DNA of 64,000 nucleotides from the NCBI RefSeq assembly GCF_000150275.1, contig NW_002060943.1, forward strand, positions 7,258,026-7,322,025, read 5' to 3'. The position numbers were made by a program, and so were the translations under genes. Of this stretch, positions 32,009 to 44,296 are shown piece by piece (position 1 is the first letter of the stretch; each line of letters begins with the position of its first letter). The DNA is from Trichoplax adhaerens (lineage: Eukaryota > Animalia > Placozoa). The notes beneath the pieces were generated by a model, which was given only the letters and a program-made list of their open reading frames with translations, was not told where the DNA came from and did no database searches.

Positions 32009-34833
32009 TTAAGTTCTAAGATTGCCTTTAGGTGAATGACTAGTATTAAATAAGTGTCTGATAAAATAGACCTGTACAATAGCTACAGAAATCATAACGA
32101 AACATTCACATAGAGACCACATTTGTACTCTAAAGTTATTGCCTTCAGCAATATTTCTGTGGCGAGCCTCCTTGGCGGTAGAAGCACTAAGCATTTTTTG
32201 TACCATTTGAAGATGTTCTGATGTCGTTCGTAGAAAATCCTGCAATTTACGATATCAATATCATTTTGTTAAGTAATTTTATATTATGAAAATTCGAAAC
32301 GTTTAAAATATTGATTATAGTTTATGATTCTATCTATTCAGTTAATTAATCAGATTATAAGATATGCGAGCCATCTGTTTACTATAAAATTAGCATGTCA
32401 GTCAAATAGAGATAGAGTATAGCAATTACCTCAATCTTTTCAATGTTTGAATCATCATCTTGTAAACCTGTCGTTTTCATATTCCAAGATTTATCTTGAG
32501 TAGGATTGAGGTAAAAATAAAGCGTCTTTGAAGAGATCTTACTGAAGGCATTACTAAAGCAAAACTCGTAGTCTCCACTTTCAGTTGCTTTCATTTCGTG
32601 ATATCCTTCTGATCGCCTGGTTTCGGAAACGATGATTGTCTTTCCGGGAGAAATGATGTAAAAGTCGACATCTAGCTCTCCACCTCCACCGGTTACCTAA
32701 TAAGAGAGTAATATCGGCATTAAGTACTTTTGCATGTGCCATAGCCTATGCTTAGTTCTAATAATTAATTAATTATCGACCATATCAATCAACTGTAGTT
32801 AATGTTGAGAGAAGTTTTAAATCAATACTCTAGTAGTTATAATTCATTGTAATTACATATTACAGCCAAAGGTTGTCCTATATTTCAACTAGATTAATTA
32901 CCTATTAACTAGTAACAGTCTAGCTTGCATTGTGTACACTGAACCCTTGCTATTGACAACATCTTGTACGATACATTACAATACGGGGCTTGCACAGAAA
33001 GGTTCACACTGCACAGTGTGAGAACTGCATAAATTGTAGGTTATTACAATATTTGTCTACTCTACTTTGTAACTAACTCTACTATGCAAAGCTACGACTA
33101 CTGCAGTACATTTCAAGTTAAGCGGATAGATAATATAGCGGTTTGGTGATTTCATCAACTGTTTTTTTGTACTTATAAATTATATATTATTATAGTGCTT
33201 TCAATCCAGTACTATCATGCATATCATCCCTATTTTTACAAGTCATGAAATAGCTCAATATCCAAGATAGATGACTTGTCCCCACATAAATGATCTCCTG
33301 CATCGGGTCTTGCGCTCAAATAAAATTGACCACTAACTTGATGCAATTGTTTTCAACGATGGACATTAACCTCAAGGTGGACGATTATTCTCTACATAAA
33401 CTATCTCCTGTATCGCGCTTAAATGAAATTGACCACCAATTGGATGTAATTGTTTTGGTTAAAAAGCCATTAGGATAGACGATTGCTCCCTACAACTCGT
33501 AAGTGTATGTTAATCACTTATATGGTAGAATTGTGCATGATCCCTTCCATTGCCCTTGTTGAAGTTATAGACGCAATTTGTAGAACATTTAAAAAAGACA
33601 ATAGACAATAGGTACAGTACATTATAAGGGTCTCCCCTGTAGTGATTATATAATATTCGTACAGTATACCAATTGAGACTGTATCTTAGATTGACTTTAA
33701 AATGTATAAATTTATGTAATATGATGTAAAAAGAAGAGACTGATCGCGAATAGGAGCTGATAGTGGATTAGGGTCCTAATTCCAGTATCAGTAGTAATAA
33801 AGTACATAGTAAATTGTAGTAGACTGTCAACCTGGATATTTAACGAATGGTGACTCCATTTTATCCCAACGTGGAGTTATCAAATCCATACCAACCTCTT
33901 ATTAACAGATCCTAAATTTGGGCATAGGTATGAACTGGTGGATGCTTCTTTTTCACAAAAAATGACATTAAATTGGAGGTCCATTTCATTTGAGTACAAT
34001 TTATCTAGAGAGCAATCATCTGCCTTGATGCTCCTAGATCGGAAAACAATTGCATCAAGTAAGTTGGTGGTCCACTTCATTAGAGCACAATACCCGATGC
34101 TGGAGATTCTTTACGTAGGGAGCAATCATCTACCTGAATACCCCCCCGATTTTGCAAAAAAAATTATATCAAGTTGGGTGGTCCATTTCATTTGAGCACA
34201 AATATCCAAGAGATAGTTTGATGCAGGGAGGAATCGTCTACCTTGATGGTGTTTGATCGAAAAACACATCAAGTTGGTGATCGGAGGACAATACCCGATG
34301 TAGGAAATACTTTATACTCATACGCATTACTTTATGTAAGGAGCAATCATCTACTTTAATGGCCCCTTTTGCAAAACAACTACAACAAGTTGGCGGTCCA
34401 TTGCATTGGAGAATACCGTCTAGGAGGAGATAGTTTATGATATGTTATAGAGGGAGCAATCATCGTCTACTTTGATGCTCCTTAATCGGAAAACAATTGC
34501 ATCAAGTTGGCGATCCATTTCATTCGAGCACAATACCCAATATAGAAAATACGTTATACTAGTACTAATTCAATTTGTGTTTGATCACAGTAAGTGGATT
34601 AGTTTAACCTGGATGTCGGCCATGGCCGAATAGAATGAATCATCGATTACTGTAGACACTATTGCATTTCTTACCTGGTATTCAGCATAAAAGGTCGAGT
34701 TACTATGGATATTCTCGAAATAGCAGTCCGTCACTCCGGCATCGAGCTGGACAGTCATATAATTTTCGCCTACACTATTGCAAATACAGTACAGTAAAAT
34801 CAATACAGTAAGCCTATAAAATGATGCAGCCAT
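32009..34833 (-). CDS. p24-gamma family (TMED1/TMED5-like) GOLD-domain cargo receptor
   Basis: Three exons (34833-34675, about 32696-32430, about 32239-32009): signal MAASFYRLTVLILLYCICNSVG, TVQLDAGVTDCYFE...EYQ | VTGGGGELDVDFYIISP...GDYEFCFSNAFSKISSKTLYF | AKEARHRNIAEGNNFRVQMWS, TM, IRHLF...RT*. Confidence 0.92.
33245..34560. repeat. Two oppositely oriented arrays of a ~120 bp unit (about 33245-33495 and 33950-34560) in TMED intron 1; foldback-like
   Basis: CTCCTGCATCGGGTCTTGCGCTCAAATAAAATTGACCACTAACTTGATGCAATTGTTTT (about 33295) is the reverse complement of AAAACAATTGCATCAAG...TGGTCCACTTCATTAGAGCACAATACCCGATGCTGGAG (about 34043, repeated to 34540). Confidence 0.8.
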
Positions 34834-35157
34834 TTTCTCTCTCTCTCTTGACGTCGATAATGATGGATTTAAACTTGATCGAAGGACATTTCTATCCACT
34901 ATAAGTAAGTAAAATAAGCAATATCAATCTTCGACGCAGTCGACGTAGGCAACACTGGAATGGCTGCTACAACACGCCAAGTCTGATGGCCTACAATGAC
35001 CTAGACTGCAGCAGCCGCCGTCGAATGAGTACAATAGGTTGACTATTGTCTTCTTCTGCAGGGTTTGAGCACGCGTAGTTGGTGTATTGACACGTTTCCA
35101 TCAGGGAGAAATGGTGAAGGAATGCAATGGAGGAGCTTATCCAACGGGAGTACGCAT

Positions 35158-35216
35158 CTCTGTTAAATGAGCACATTATCGTAAACCGTCAGTAAAGCGA
35201 CGGGAGTTTGCACTAG
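35158..35216 (+). mobile_element. Helitron family B 3' terminus (hairpin + CTAG|T)
   Basis: 59 nt identical to 62939-62997. CCGTC-8nt-GACGG hairpin 9 nt before CTAG, followed by T. Confidence 0.8.
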
Positions 35217-37272
35217 TATCGTCTAAAAGCTGTTGTAAACACTTCTCTTCATTCTAGCCTTAATATGCAGATGCTCCATTCCGTAATGGACTTATATTTC
35301 TAAACTATTTCATTGAAACTTATTCTACTTTTGTCACTTACATCAAGTCATCAATGCTTTTGAATTCCTAGTACCCCTACTAACACTATCACTCTTTTTC
35401 AACATTTTGCTTCTTATTTGGTCTGAGATCTCCGTCCATCCGAGACCAGATACTGAGTGAGTAAGTGTACACTGTACAGTGGATTACTCATACTGTACAC
35501 TATACAGTACAGTGTACTGTACAGGTCAGTGAGTATTGAGTTAACGTCCCTTTTTCTTTCCTTTTTAGATAGAAATTCACCAATCCTTCACTGTACTGTA
35601 CTGTATTTTGTTTTCAGAATCGTGTTCATCAATGAAAAAAATTCAAGTGTATTCACTGTACTCTACTGTATTTTATTTTCAGAATCGTGCTCATCCATGA
35701 AACAGTCTCAAACAGACTTGAAGAAGTCATAGTCCTATCAAAATAGGATATTTATAGCCCCTCTCTTCCTTGTTAGTGCAGCAGTCCATCATGCATGCCT
35801 AATGAAAACACTAGCACACATCCGCAGACGCCATAAAATCCATCACCAAAAAATGAACTAATCTACCATAGACTAACGTGAACGTGAATGTACCTTAAGG
35901 TTAATAATGGACGCATACAATCGTATTAAATGGTCAATCCATGACACACAGTATTTCGCATGGAAAGTAATAAGATTGATTTACCCCTGTCAGATTAGTG
36001 GACTAGTATTAAATTGAGCTAATAATCATGGAACCAACAATTCTGAACAGTAAGCGACACCATCGAAGGGGGGAAATGACTTGAATCACAAAATAAATTT
36101 TCAATTTATTACCAAAGTAATCGTAAACACAAGATCTTATCATTAGTTATGCATCCTGGAAGCGGCACGGCACATGCTTATGGCGCGCCATCGACTAGTG
36201 TTAAGTAAAGTTAGATTCTCCATTTTATGCATCTTGTAGAGCTGGTAATAATTGATATCAGTGTTATTAGAAATGGACAATAAATAATGTGCATTTGATT
36301 CGATTGTAGCTTATCCCTTGTTGAACTAAGACAGTCTCTACAAGTGACAGCTCTAGCAAAAACTTACACATAGCACATCCAATCCTGAACGAATCTGAAC
36401 GGCAATCAAAAATAAACATGAAAGAATCATCAATACAGTTACTGCTTAGGGAGGTGAAGAAGACTCCGCTTATGGGTTAAATACCTGTTGTGCTAGTTGA
36501 AAATGCTACAACCTCGTGGATTATCACTTCTGCGTGAATGTCTAGAGTCAATTTAGATAAGGTATTATAATTGACATGGACTTTGGAACATAAATATTAT
36601 AGTAGGATAAGGCCCGCTGTGCCAGGATAGATATTTGTGACACAGAGGTAAATAACCTAGCTATAGAAGTAGATTCGAGAATGGCTAGATCGATTGAGAC
36701 AGACCTACAAGCATAAAGGAAAATAAGACAGAATAGAAACCCATTGCAAGTCGGACAAGATAGTAGCAACGAAATAATTTTAACCCAATCCATTGAACGT
36801 GGAGAAATAAATTCCATTCACTAAATTATCCAAAGATAATCTAGATTATGGCTAAGTTTGAATTTGACCAGTCAAGTAAGATCATGCTTCGTTTCAGTAG
36901 TCCAGTTTTAGTCAGATTCAATCAGAAGGGGAAAAATGGAAGGAGTTTGATATATTGCCCTCTTTTGAGTAATCTGTATAAAATGGGCTACTATTTTACA
37001 GTATACACTAATAAGGTATGATTTCAGTCAGTATACCTTCCGAAGTCTTTTGAACTATCATTTTCGGCATTATTTTAACAGAAGCTTATTAATATCTTAT
37101 AACGGACTAATTATTAAAAATTTTTAAAGCAAGAAATTCGCTTTTTATTAATAATTTTTTCAAATATTAGAAGCGTGAATTAGTCCATTCAGTATTATTA
37201 TTGATCACTTATCATTTCAGTTTGAAAATAAATTCTACCCTGATATTCTAAAACTAGTGACTGTTGAACGTA

Positions 37273-40200
37273 ATGGAGCTCTTGACAAGATCGTTATATT
37301 TCCGTGGCTATGCAGCTGTCAATAGGGTAAATGTGAGCACTTCTGATACATTGATTTTCATTTTTGAATAGGTAATGATTGAAATAGATATAGCTGCAGC
37401 TTACTTAAATTTGTAGAGCTTGTCAACAGTACTACAAAAATCGTTCCAATTGCATGAATGATAAATGTATAAAAGTTACAATGTTTTGCTTACATTCTGC
37501 TTTGATAATGAGTTATTGTACATCCGTGATTTATTGATTAACTATTACTTTCTATAGTTCGAAGTATTATTTAAGAATACTCCACTAAAGTTTTATTCAA
37601 CATTTCACTATTCAATGATATATCTGGTATTGCATTACATTACATAAGAACTCCTCCGTTATTATTGAATTAGAAGTTAACATTTAATCTTCTTATTTAA
37701 CCTACTTTACGAAATCGTTTCAATAGTATACTATTGGACTAATTATATTTGTTGATAATAAATTGCCAATAATAAGTACATCAAACTAGTAGAATCATCA
37801 TTACAATTTTATCGGACTAACAAACGGCTATAAATATTTCACGATGCAGATTCGGTACGAGTCTGATAAGTAGCACATCTTTATAATATAAACATTAATT
37901 AGACAGTTGCTATCGTAGAAAACTATTAAAGACTGCAGTCAAATTAGTTATCAAAGATACAGATATTAGGTCATAAATATTCATAATACCTTTTTACTCA
38001 ATGTTGTATGATGTCAATTTTTCGAATAAGCATTGATTACTATTATAATTTACAAACGTTAAAGGTTTAATTTCTTTCCAAGCCTTTGACAGTATGACAG
38101 TAAATAATTTGCCATTGATTCAAATCTAGGCGTCTCACACGACGACTATAGTTGTTTATTTCAAGAAAAGATTTTATTTGATTAAATTTCATAAGTTATA
38201 GTAAGAAGAATAAACTGCTAGTTTTTCATTGAACCTTGGCAGCTGATGACGTTATGGACTACTTTAATACAGTTAAACCTTCGTTAACGCAATTACCATT
38301 ATTTTTAATCCATAAACTAACAGTCACATACCTCCTCTTACTAGCTGCCGGTTAAATGTATTAAATTTATTAATTCGTGATTCTAGCACCTAGCCAGCAT
38401 AATTTATTTTACATTTAATAAATAAATATATTATTATGGTAATAGTTAACATACAGACCCAACCGGCTCTATCTCAGCTCGATAATTTATTTATTTGGGA
38501 ATAATATCAGTCTTTTATACGGGTATACCTTTTTAAGATGGCTTTCCCACCTTCCATTAGTGACAGGATTCCATATAGCCCTATTTTTTTTATCAATTAA
38601 TTTACAATAGTTGATTCAGGACTACTGTATTACCAACGTAAAGGATAACGGTAGTTGGAAGACATCGTTATATAATGTGTTTGAGACAGTAAAAAGTTTT
38701 TAGATTAGTAGCTATAGTTGCAAGAAGTGAGCTAATTCGTCGTTAATTTTAGCCTTTCACTAGTCATAATATTATATTAATGTACTTATTTAATCATTGT
38801 AGTAGTTCAACAAAACTGTAGGATGGACTATTAATTTTTTGGACCGATTAAAGAAAATGAAAAAAATTAGAAGGAGCAGATATAACCTTTACCACTTGGC
38901 ATCGAAGTGTAATTAATTTGCCAAAGTTTTATTAAAATGCACTAGAAAGAGTAGATAATTAATGCCAATATTATGTAGAAAGATCCAGTTTCATATGTAT
39001 GCGTTTGCTACATTGCGATGCTTGATATTTTTAATTTTATAGTTGTCGATCGCATCTCTAAGTCGGATAGTGGCTTGATTTAAAATTTGAAATTTGCCTT
39101 CAGTCCAAGGGGACTAATTTGCTTTCTTATGAGATGCATCGTTTTTATTACGTTATATTCTATAGTAATTTCAAATATATAATTGTCAAATTGGTTTTTG
39201 ACAGTAAACAAACTTTCATCTGCGAAATCAGTAAGTAGCAAGTAGCTGTACAATTTGCAATAGCAAAAAAATCAGACAATTTAATGGGCGCATTCATAGG
39301 CGAATTCAATTTAATTAGGAATGGTCTATTCAACTCTTACATTGTTCATATTATAAACGAATTAAAATCCTAGCTTAAAAATTTTATTGGTTTGATTTAT
39401 TTACGAAAAGAATTTAAAATCATTCATTCATTCATTATCGATTTGACAAGTGGTAGCCATCGTTTCTTATTGACCATCATACATTAGTTGTTTCACAGTT
39501 CTACCGGAAGTTCTAGTATCTTATTATGAGCGTAGAGTGCTAGTTTAATTCAATATTGGATCAGTCATCAGAATTAACGTTTGATAGGCTTGTTTCTTCA
39601 TGATTTAACTTATACTATTTTCTTGGACTTAAAAGATCTTTCCAACTATTTCTTCGTCAAGATTACTGGCAACTACTAGTACAATAGTTGTTAATGATAG
39701 TCCCCTGCAAGTTTTACCATCTATAGATCTTCCTGAACTAATACAACGCAAAGCTATCGATCATATGGTAGGTTTCCCTTTATTAAAGACAACATAATTA
39801 TGATAAAAGCCTTAGTTAGTATGCTACAAAGTATAATAGATTCAATGGCTACAGAAACTTTCATAATTTCTTTGAAACAGCAAAAGAGTGACGAACCTTT
39901 TAATATTGTTAACATCGGTGATATAGTCTACAAGATTAAAACGGTAAGCAGATAATAGTAAAACATAGGATATGCCAGGCGAAATAAAGATAGCCAAATC
40001 TCACATTTTCGATGCGAGACAAAATTTAACATATCTTTGTTAAAATCATAATGTGTAACTGTAAAGACTCCTTAAATAATACCTCTTTAAATATGATGCA
40101 ATATCCTGTACTAAAATTCAAACTAGCAATCACTTTAAAGATTGTTACAATAGTCGCATGTTACCATTTAGAGTTAATGCTAAGCACTGTGTTTAAGGTT

Positions 40201-43200
40201 CCTACTATTCTCAACCGGCATAGAAGCTAATAAATAGTACAAGTTGTCAATATTAATGTATAGCTAGCTATCTACTGACCTCCATTTCCTTTATTACTTG
40301 AAAAACGGGTCTTTTATACTTAGGCTCTCCACAATTGCAATATATAGTATGTCTAAGAATTATTAGGTTGAATAGTATCGGATTAGTGATGAGGTAGAAT
40401 TAAGAAGTGCAACGAAGCCCCAAAATTACTTAACCCTGATTTTAGTAAAAACGTAGATCTTAATACTGATCTATTATTTAAGTCACAAAACTTAATCAAT
40501 AAATAGTTTAGTTTAAGGTGCATACGTATTCCAACAATTACAGTATATGAGAAGTAAAGGAATGTTCATGAGCGAGAACTTCCGATGGTAGACAGAAATT
40601 CAAGATTTAGTTACGCGATCTAATTGTATTGTCACTAAACAGTATGAACCGCAGAATTTTGATGATAAAGATAACATGATAGAAGATAAAAAATTTATTA
40701 GTATTTCTTGAAAATAATAATATAAAGTTACTTCTTACGCCGATATAAATATAAATTTATTGTTCTGGGCCATAAATTACGCAGTGGTTTTCCCTTCTGC
40801 CTCGTGTACATTCTTATTTCGGTATGTTCATAGTTTAAAATTGAATCTATTTTGATAAAATTTGCTTTTAAAACTAGTATGCAAATTATACATACCTCTA
40901 AAAGAGCATGTCGAATATGCTAATTTTATAACCAGCCCTAAAGTGTAACGTGGATAGAGGACTTTTAGCCACATTACTGGCTTTTGGATTTGGGTTTGAA
41001 GGTGTTAGTAAGGTAGGCATAAATTAAAATTTTGAATGATTTCAGTGTGGATAGTTGAATAAAATTGTTAATTGTAATGTGTTATAACAATCATTATAAC
41101 AATTTCAAGAACGGATTAATTAAATATATCATCTTATTAAGGATGAAATTGATACAGTTTTGAAAATGGGGGCGGCACCTGAAAAAATTATTTTTGCGAA
41201 TCCGTGCAAGCCAATTTCTCATATAAAGTATGTTTTAATAAAATATCATCTTGCAAAGACTTGATCAGTAAGCAGGACAAAGTGGACAGATGTCCAATAT
41301 GTATGTACGCTGCACTCGGTACCTACCATTTTATTTGCTGGATTACTAATTCTTGTGCTTGTTAATAGCAAATCCTGTGACTTTTCATAAATGTGAGTTT
41401 ATGAAAGGCGAATGCGGCTGGAAACAATTACGAGCTGTTGACTTTACCGACTGGGAACGTGGTAAGTATATCAGTTTTATTACTCTACAATTTTTAATTT
41501 GCAGCTATGTCGTTGCCAAAATTTTAATCGAAAATTTTGTCCAATAAATCAAATTAAATACTCTAATCAGGATTGCAAGAATAGCGCAAATTCCAGTTTA
41601 CTATTGGGAATTTAGCTATAACTTCAATATCATAACCTGATTTCTTGTTCAATGCATATTTTCGTCTACTTTTAAAAGATGCTAAAATAGGAATGGTTCT
41701 CAATTCCAAATATGAGAACATTAATGGCCAATATGCGAATATGATTAGTCCCCCGATGGTGAAATCTCATGAAGCAAAATCAATTAGGGTATTCAGACAT
41801 TAATGTAACGGACATTTCCTCTTAGTTGTTACCGAAATTCGAAATTGAATTACATAAAGCTGGGTAGACAATTACCAGAAAACTTTAATCCATTCTATTT
41901 AGCGATCACCAGCATTAGAGATAGATATTTCGTACGATGTAATCAAATAATGTGATAGTCAATAACAAATCGATAGACGAAGTAACATAAGCTTCATGCT
42001 TTCCATCATCAGGTGCAAATCTCATTTGGATACAATGGTTCATACACCGGAAATTTATACGTTATGGTCATGTATCCGAAGTACAGTGATAAATTAAAAG
42101 TAATCGATACAATCAACCCACAGTCGGCTTTACTTGGACCACTTACTATTACACGTTATCAAATATTCTTTTCTCCTCTATATACTGATTATCAGGTATA
42201 TCTTAATATTTTATTTTGGATATTTATGATATTGCAATATGATGTCAAAATTGCTTGATAGTAATTATTTACATGGTTATACCTTGCGAGTAAGCACCTT
42301 AAATTCTAATTGTTTCAATCAAAGTATAATGACTAAAATCACAATCAGTTATGCAATATATTAATGTAATGAAATGAAATATGTAGAGATCAAGCTACAA
42401 AACTTTAACAAACTTTCATTCTACTTTCGTAGCACTCCGGTCGACTTAACGCTAATACTTTGACACCAAATAAAATTTGGAGAAATAACCGAACAACAAT
42501 TTATTTCAAAACAAAAATGGAGAGAAGTATAAACCGAACAACCGCACAAATACTTAGCTTTAAGTATTATTAAAATAAATGACAGACTTAAAAACTGTCA
42601 ACGACCAAACAACCTTTCAAAAACAAGAACGTTTTAACTTACGACAATTCGACCCCGAAGGCCTTTTAAATTCAACAAGTTCTTCAAATAAAATCTTCTC
42701 CTACTCTCTCTCTAAATTTTCTAATTGCACTATCATTTATAGGCTCCGTAGAGCCGTCAGAGGTATTAAAACTAAACATTTGCTAACCAATCGCTCTAAG
42801 ATCCGTTNNNNNNNNNNNNNNNNNNNNNNNNNNNNNNNNNNNNNNNNNNNNNNNNNNGAAATAATTTCAATGTTGGATATCGGTGTGGATTTCCCGGCCA
42901 AGCAAATTCACTTTTTGAGAAAGTATGAGAATCTAGATTAACGAACATAACTGAATAAAATAAGGAACATTAAAAATATTCCATTCTTCTAATGCTTATT
43001 TTAGGTATGTAGCAATATTAGCGGCGCTTTAGATAAAGACTTTCCAATAAAAGATAATATACACATTTTGGCAGAGCCTGGTGAGATTTACTTTTATAAA
43101 AATTGTTTTAATCTCGACATGATCTCATCTGGCAATCAATTTCCATCATAAATACAGGATCTAAGAATGACAGTCAATTAACAATCTTAGATGTTATTAA

Positions 43201-44296
43201 TTTCCTTTAATAGATCGCTACTTTGCCGAAACAGCCTTTACGTTAGTTGTTTGCGTAATTGGCAAACGTAAAATTTATGGGATTGATCAGAAGATTTCAG
43301 CTCATAGTAAGATTCAAAGGAATTATTTAGCCTCGTGTAATCATGTTTGCTAATGTTCGATAATTTTGGTGTACGATAGTTTATGAGTCATTACAATTCA
43401 ATTGATAGATAATGATAAAAAGTGCTGGGATCTATTATAGAGAAATCTAGAAATGAGGTCTGTAATAAGGTATATCAGTAATTTTTAAGTCTAGAATTAA
43501 CTCTTAAGTGCTGCAATAAGGCCTTGCTTTCAAATTTTGTAAAGGAAATTTTTAATTACTACGTTAATGACGGACGTTATGGATCCTTTTCTGAATTTTT
43601 AATGAGCTATGGATGTCGATATCCAAAAGTTAACGGAAAAAAATCTAAAAAATTATATTCAACTTGTCTTTGGGGACCCACTGTTAGCGGGTCGGATTGC
43701 ATATTTCATGAATGCTACCTTCCTGAAGTAAGAACATGTTGCAATATTGCAATTGTGACATACTGAGTGAAAGTTGATAATATTTTAGATTTTACCACTA
43801 TTGCAAGCTCAAATAATAGCATATAATCAGTCACAAAAACTTTGCGTATCATCTTTAGCTGAATGTTGGTAACAATTATGTAATTTTTCTATCGTAATGT
43901 ACTTTAGCTAGAAGTAGGAGATCTAATTTACTTTGAAGGTAAGAAAATTTATAATCATATCAGGAAAGAGACTGCGCTATAAAAGATATTTTATGGACGA
44001 TCTTGATAGAAATGGGAGCCTATACGTCAGTTCTAGCTACCAATTTTAATGGATTTACCAGACCTGTTTCATACTACGTCATTGATCAAAGGATGTGGTA
44101 AGACTAGTATTTTTCCAAGATTATTAAGGCTTTATAATTACTTGGATTTATAACTTATGTAAACCTAGCTTGTACTTGAAACTTTTACAGGAACATGGCA
44201 AAGGATAAATTGTTGGCAAAATTCAAGGTTGCTCATGAATACTCACCGAAAATAGACACATTTAATCAAATTGAATATGAAAGTAAGTTTAACTAA
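37273..44296 (+). CDS. Ornithine decarboxylase homologue, probably catalytically dead (antizyme-inhibitor-like) or pseudogene; middle exons missing
   Basis: Exons: 37273-37326 (tentative first), 39636-39767, 39881-39943 (DEPFNIVNIGDI), 40785-40821 (WFSLLPRVHSYF), 40934-41012 (ALKCN...FEGVSK), 41142-41227 (IIFANPCKPISHIK), then after the gap LDIG[G]GFPG, ALDKDFP...ILAEPDRYFAETAFTL, YYVNDGRYGSF, LWGPTVSGSD, LEVGDLIYFEEMGAYT...FNGF, stop 44294-44296. Confidence 0.85.
41369..42195 (+). CDS. Three exons encoding most of a MAM domain, lying inside the ODC-like locus
   Basis: 41369-41461 KCEFMKGECGWKQLRAVDFTDWER (CxFxxxxCGW...DW); 41679-41788 GQYANMISP; 42013-42195 SFGYNGSYTGNLYV...DYQ. They splice in frame with GT-AG boundaries. 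Confidence 0.72.
42365..42807 (-). mobile_element. Dispersed repeat family A, copy 2 (runs into assembly gap)
   Basis: Near-identical reverse complement of 21138-21580; both copies yield the MTDLKTVNDQTT ORF. Confidence 0.9.

Noticed and set aside
34945-34985. TGMAAT peptide resembling a Pif1 helicase motif upstream of a Helitron end
   Set aside because: A stop follows within a few codons and no other helicase motif is visible.
41290-41390. Hydrophobic ILFAGLLILVLV reading as a signal peptide for the MAM exons
   Set aside because: Different frame from the MAM exon, ends in a stop, and the stretch looks like an intron with branch point TACTAAT and TAG acceptor.
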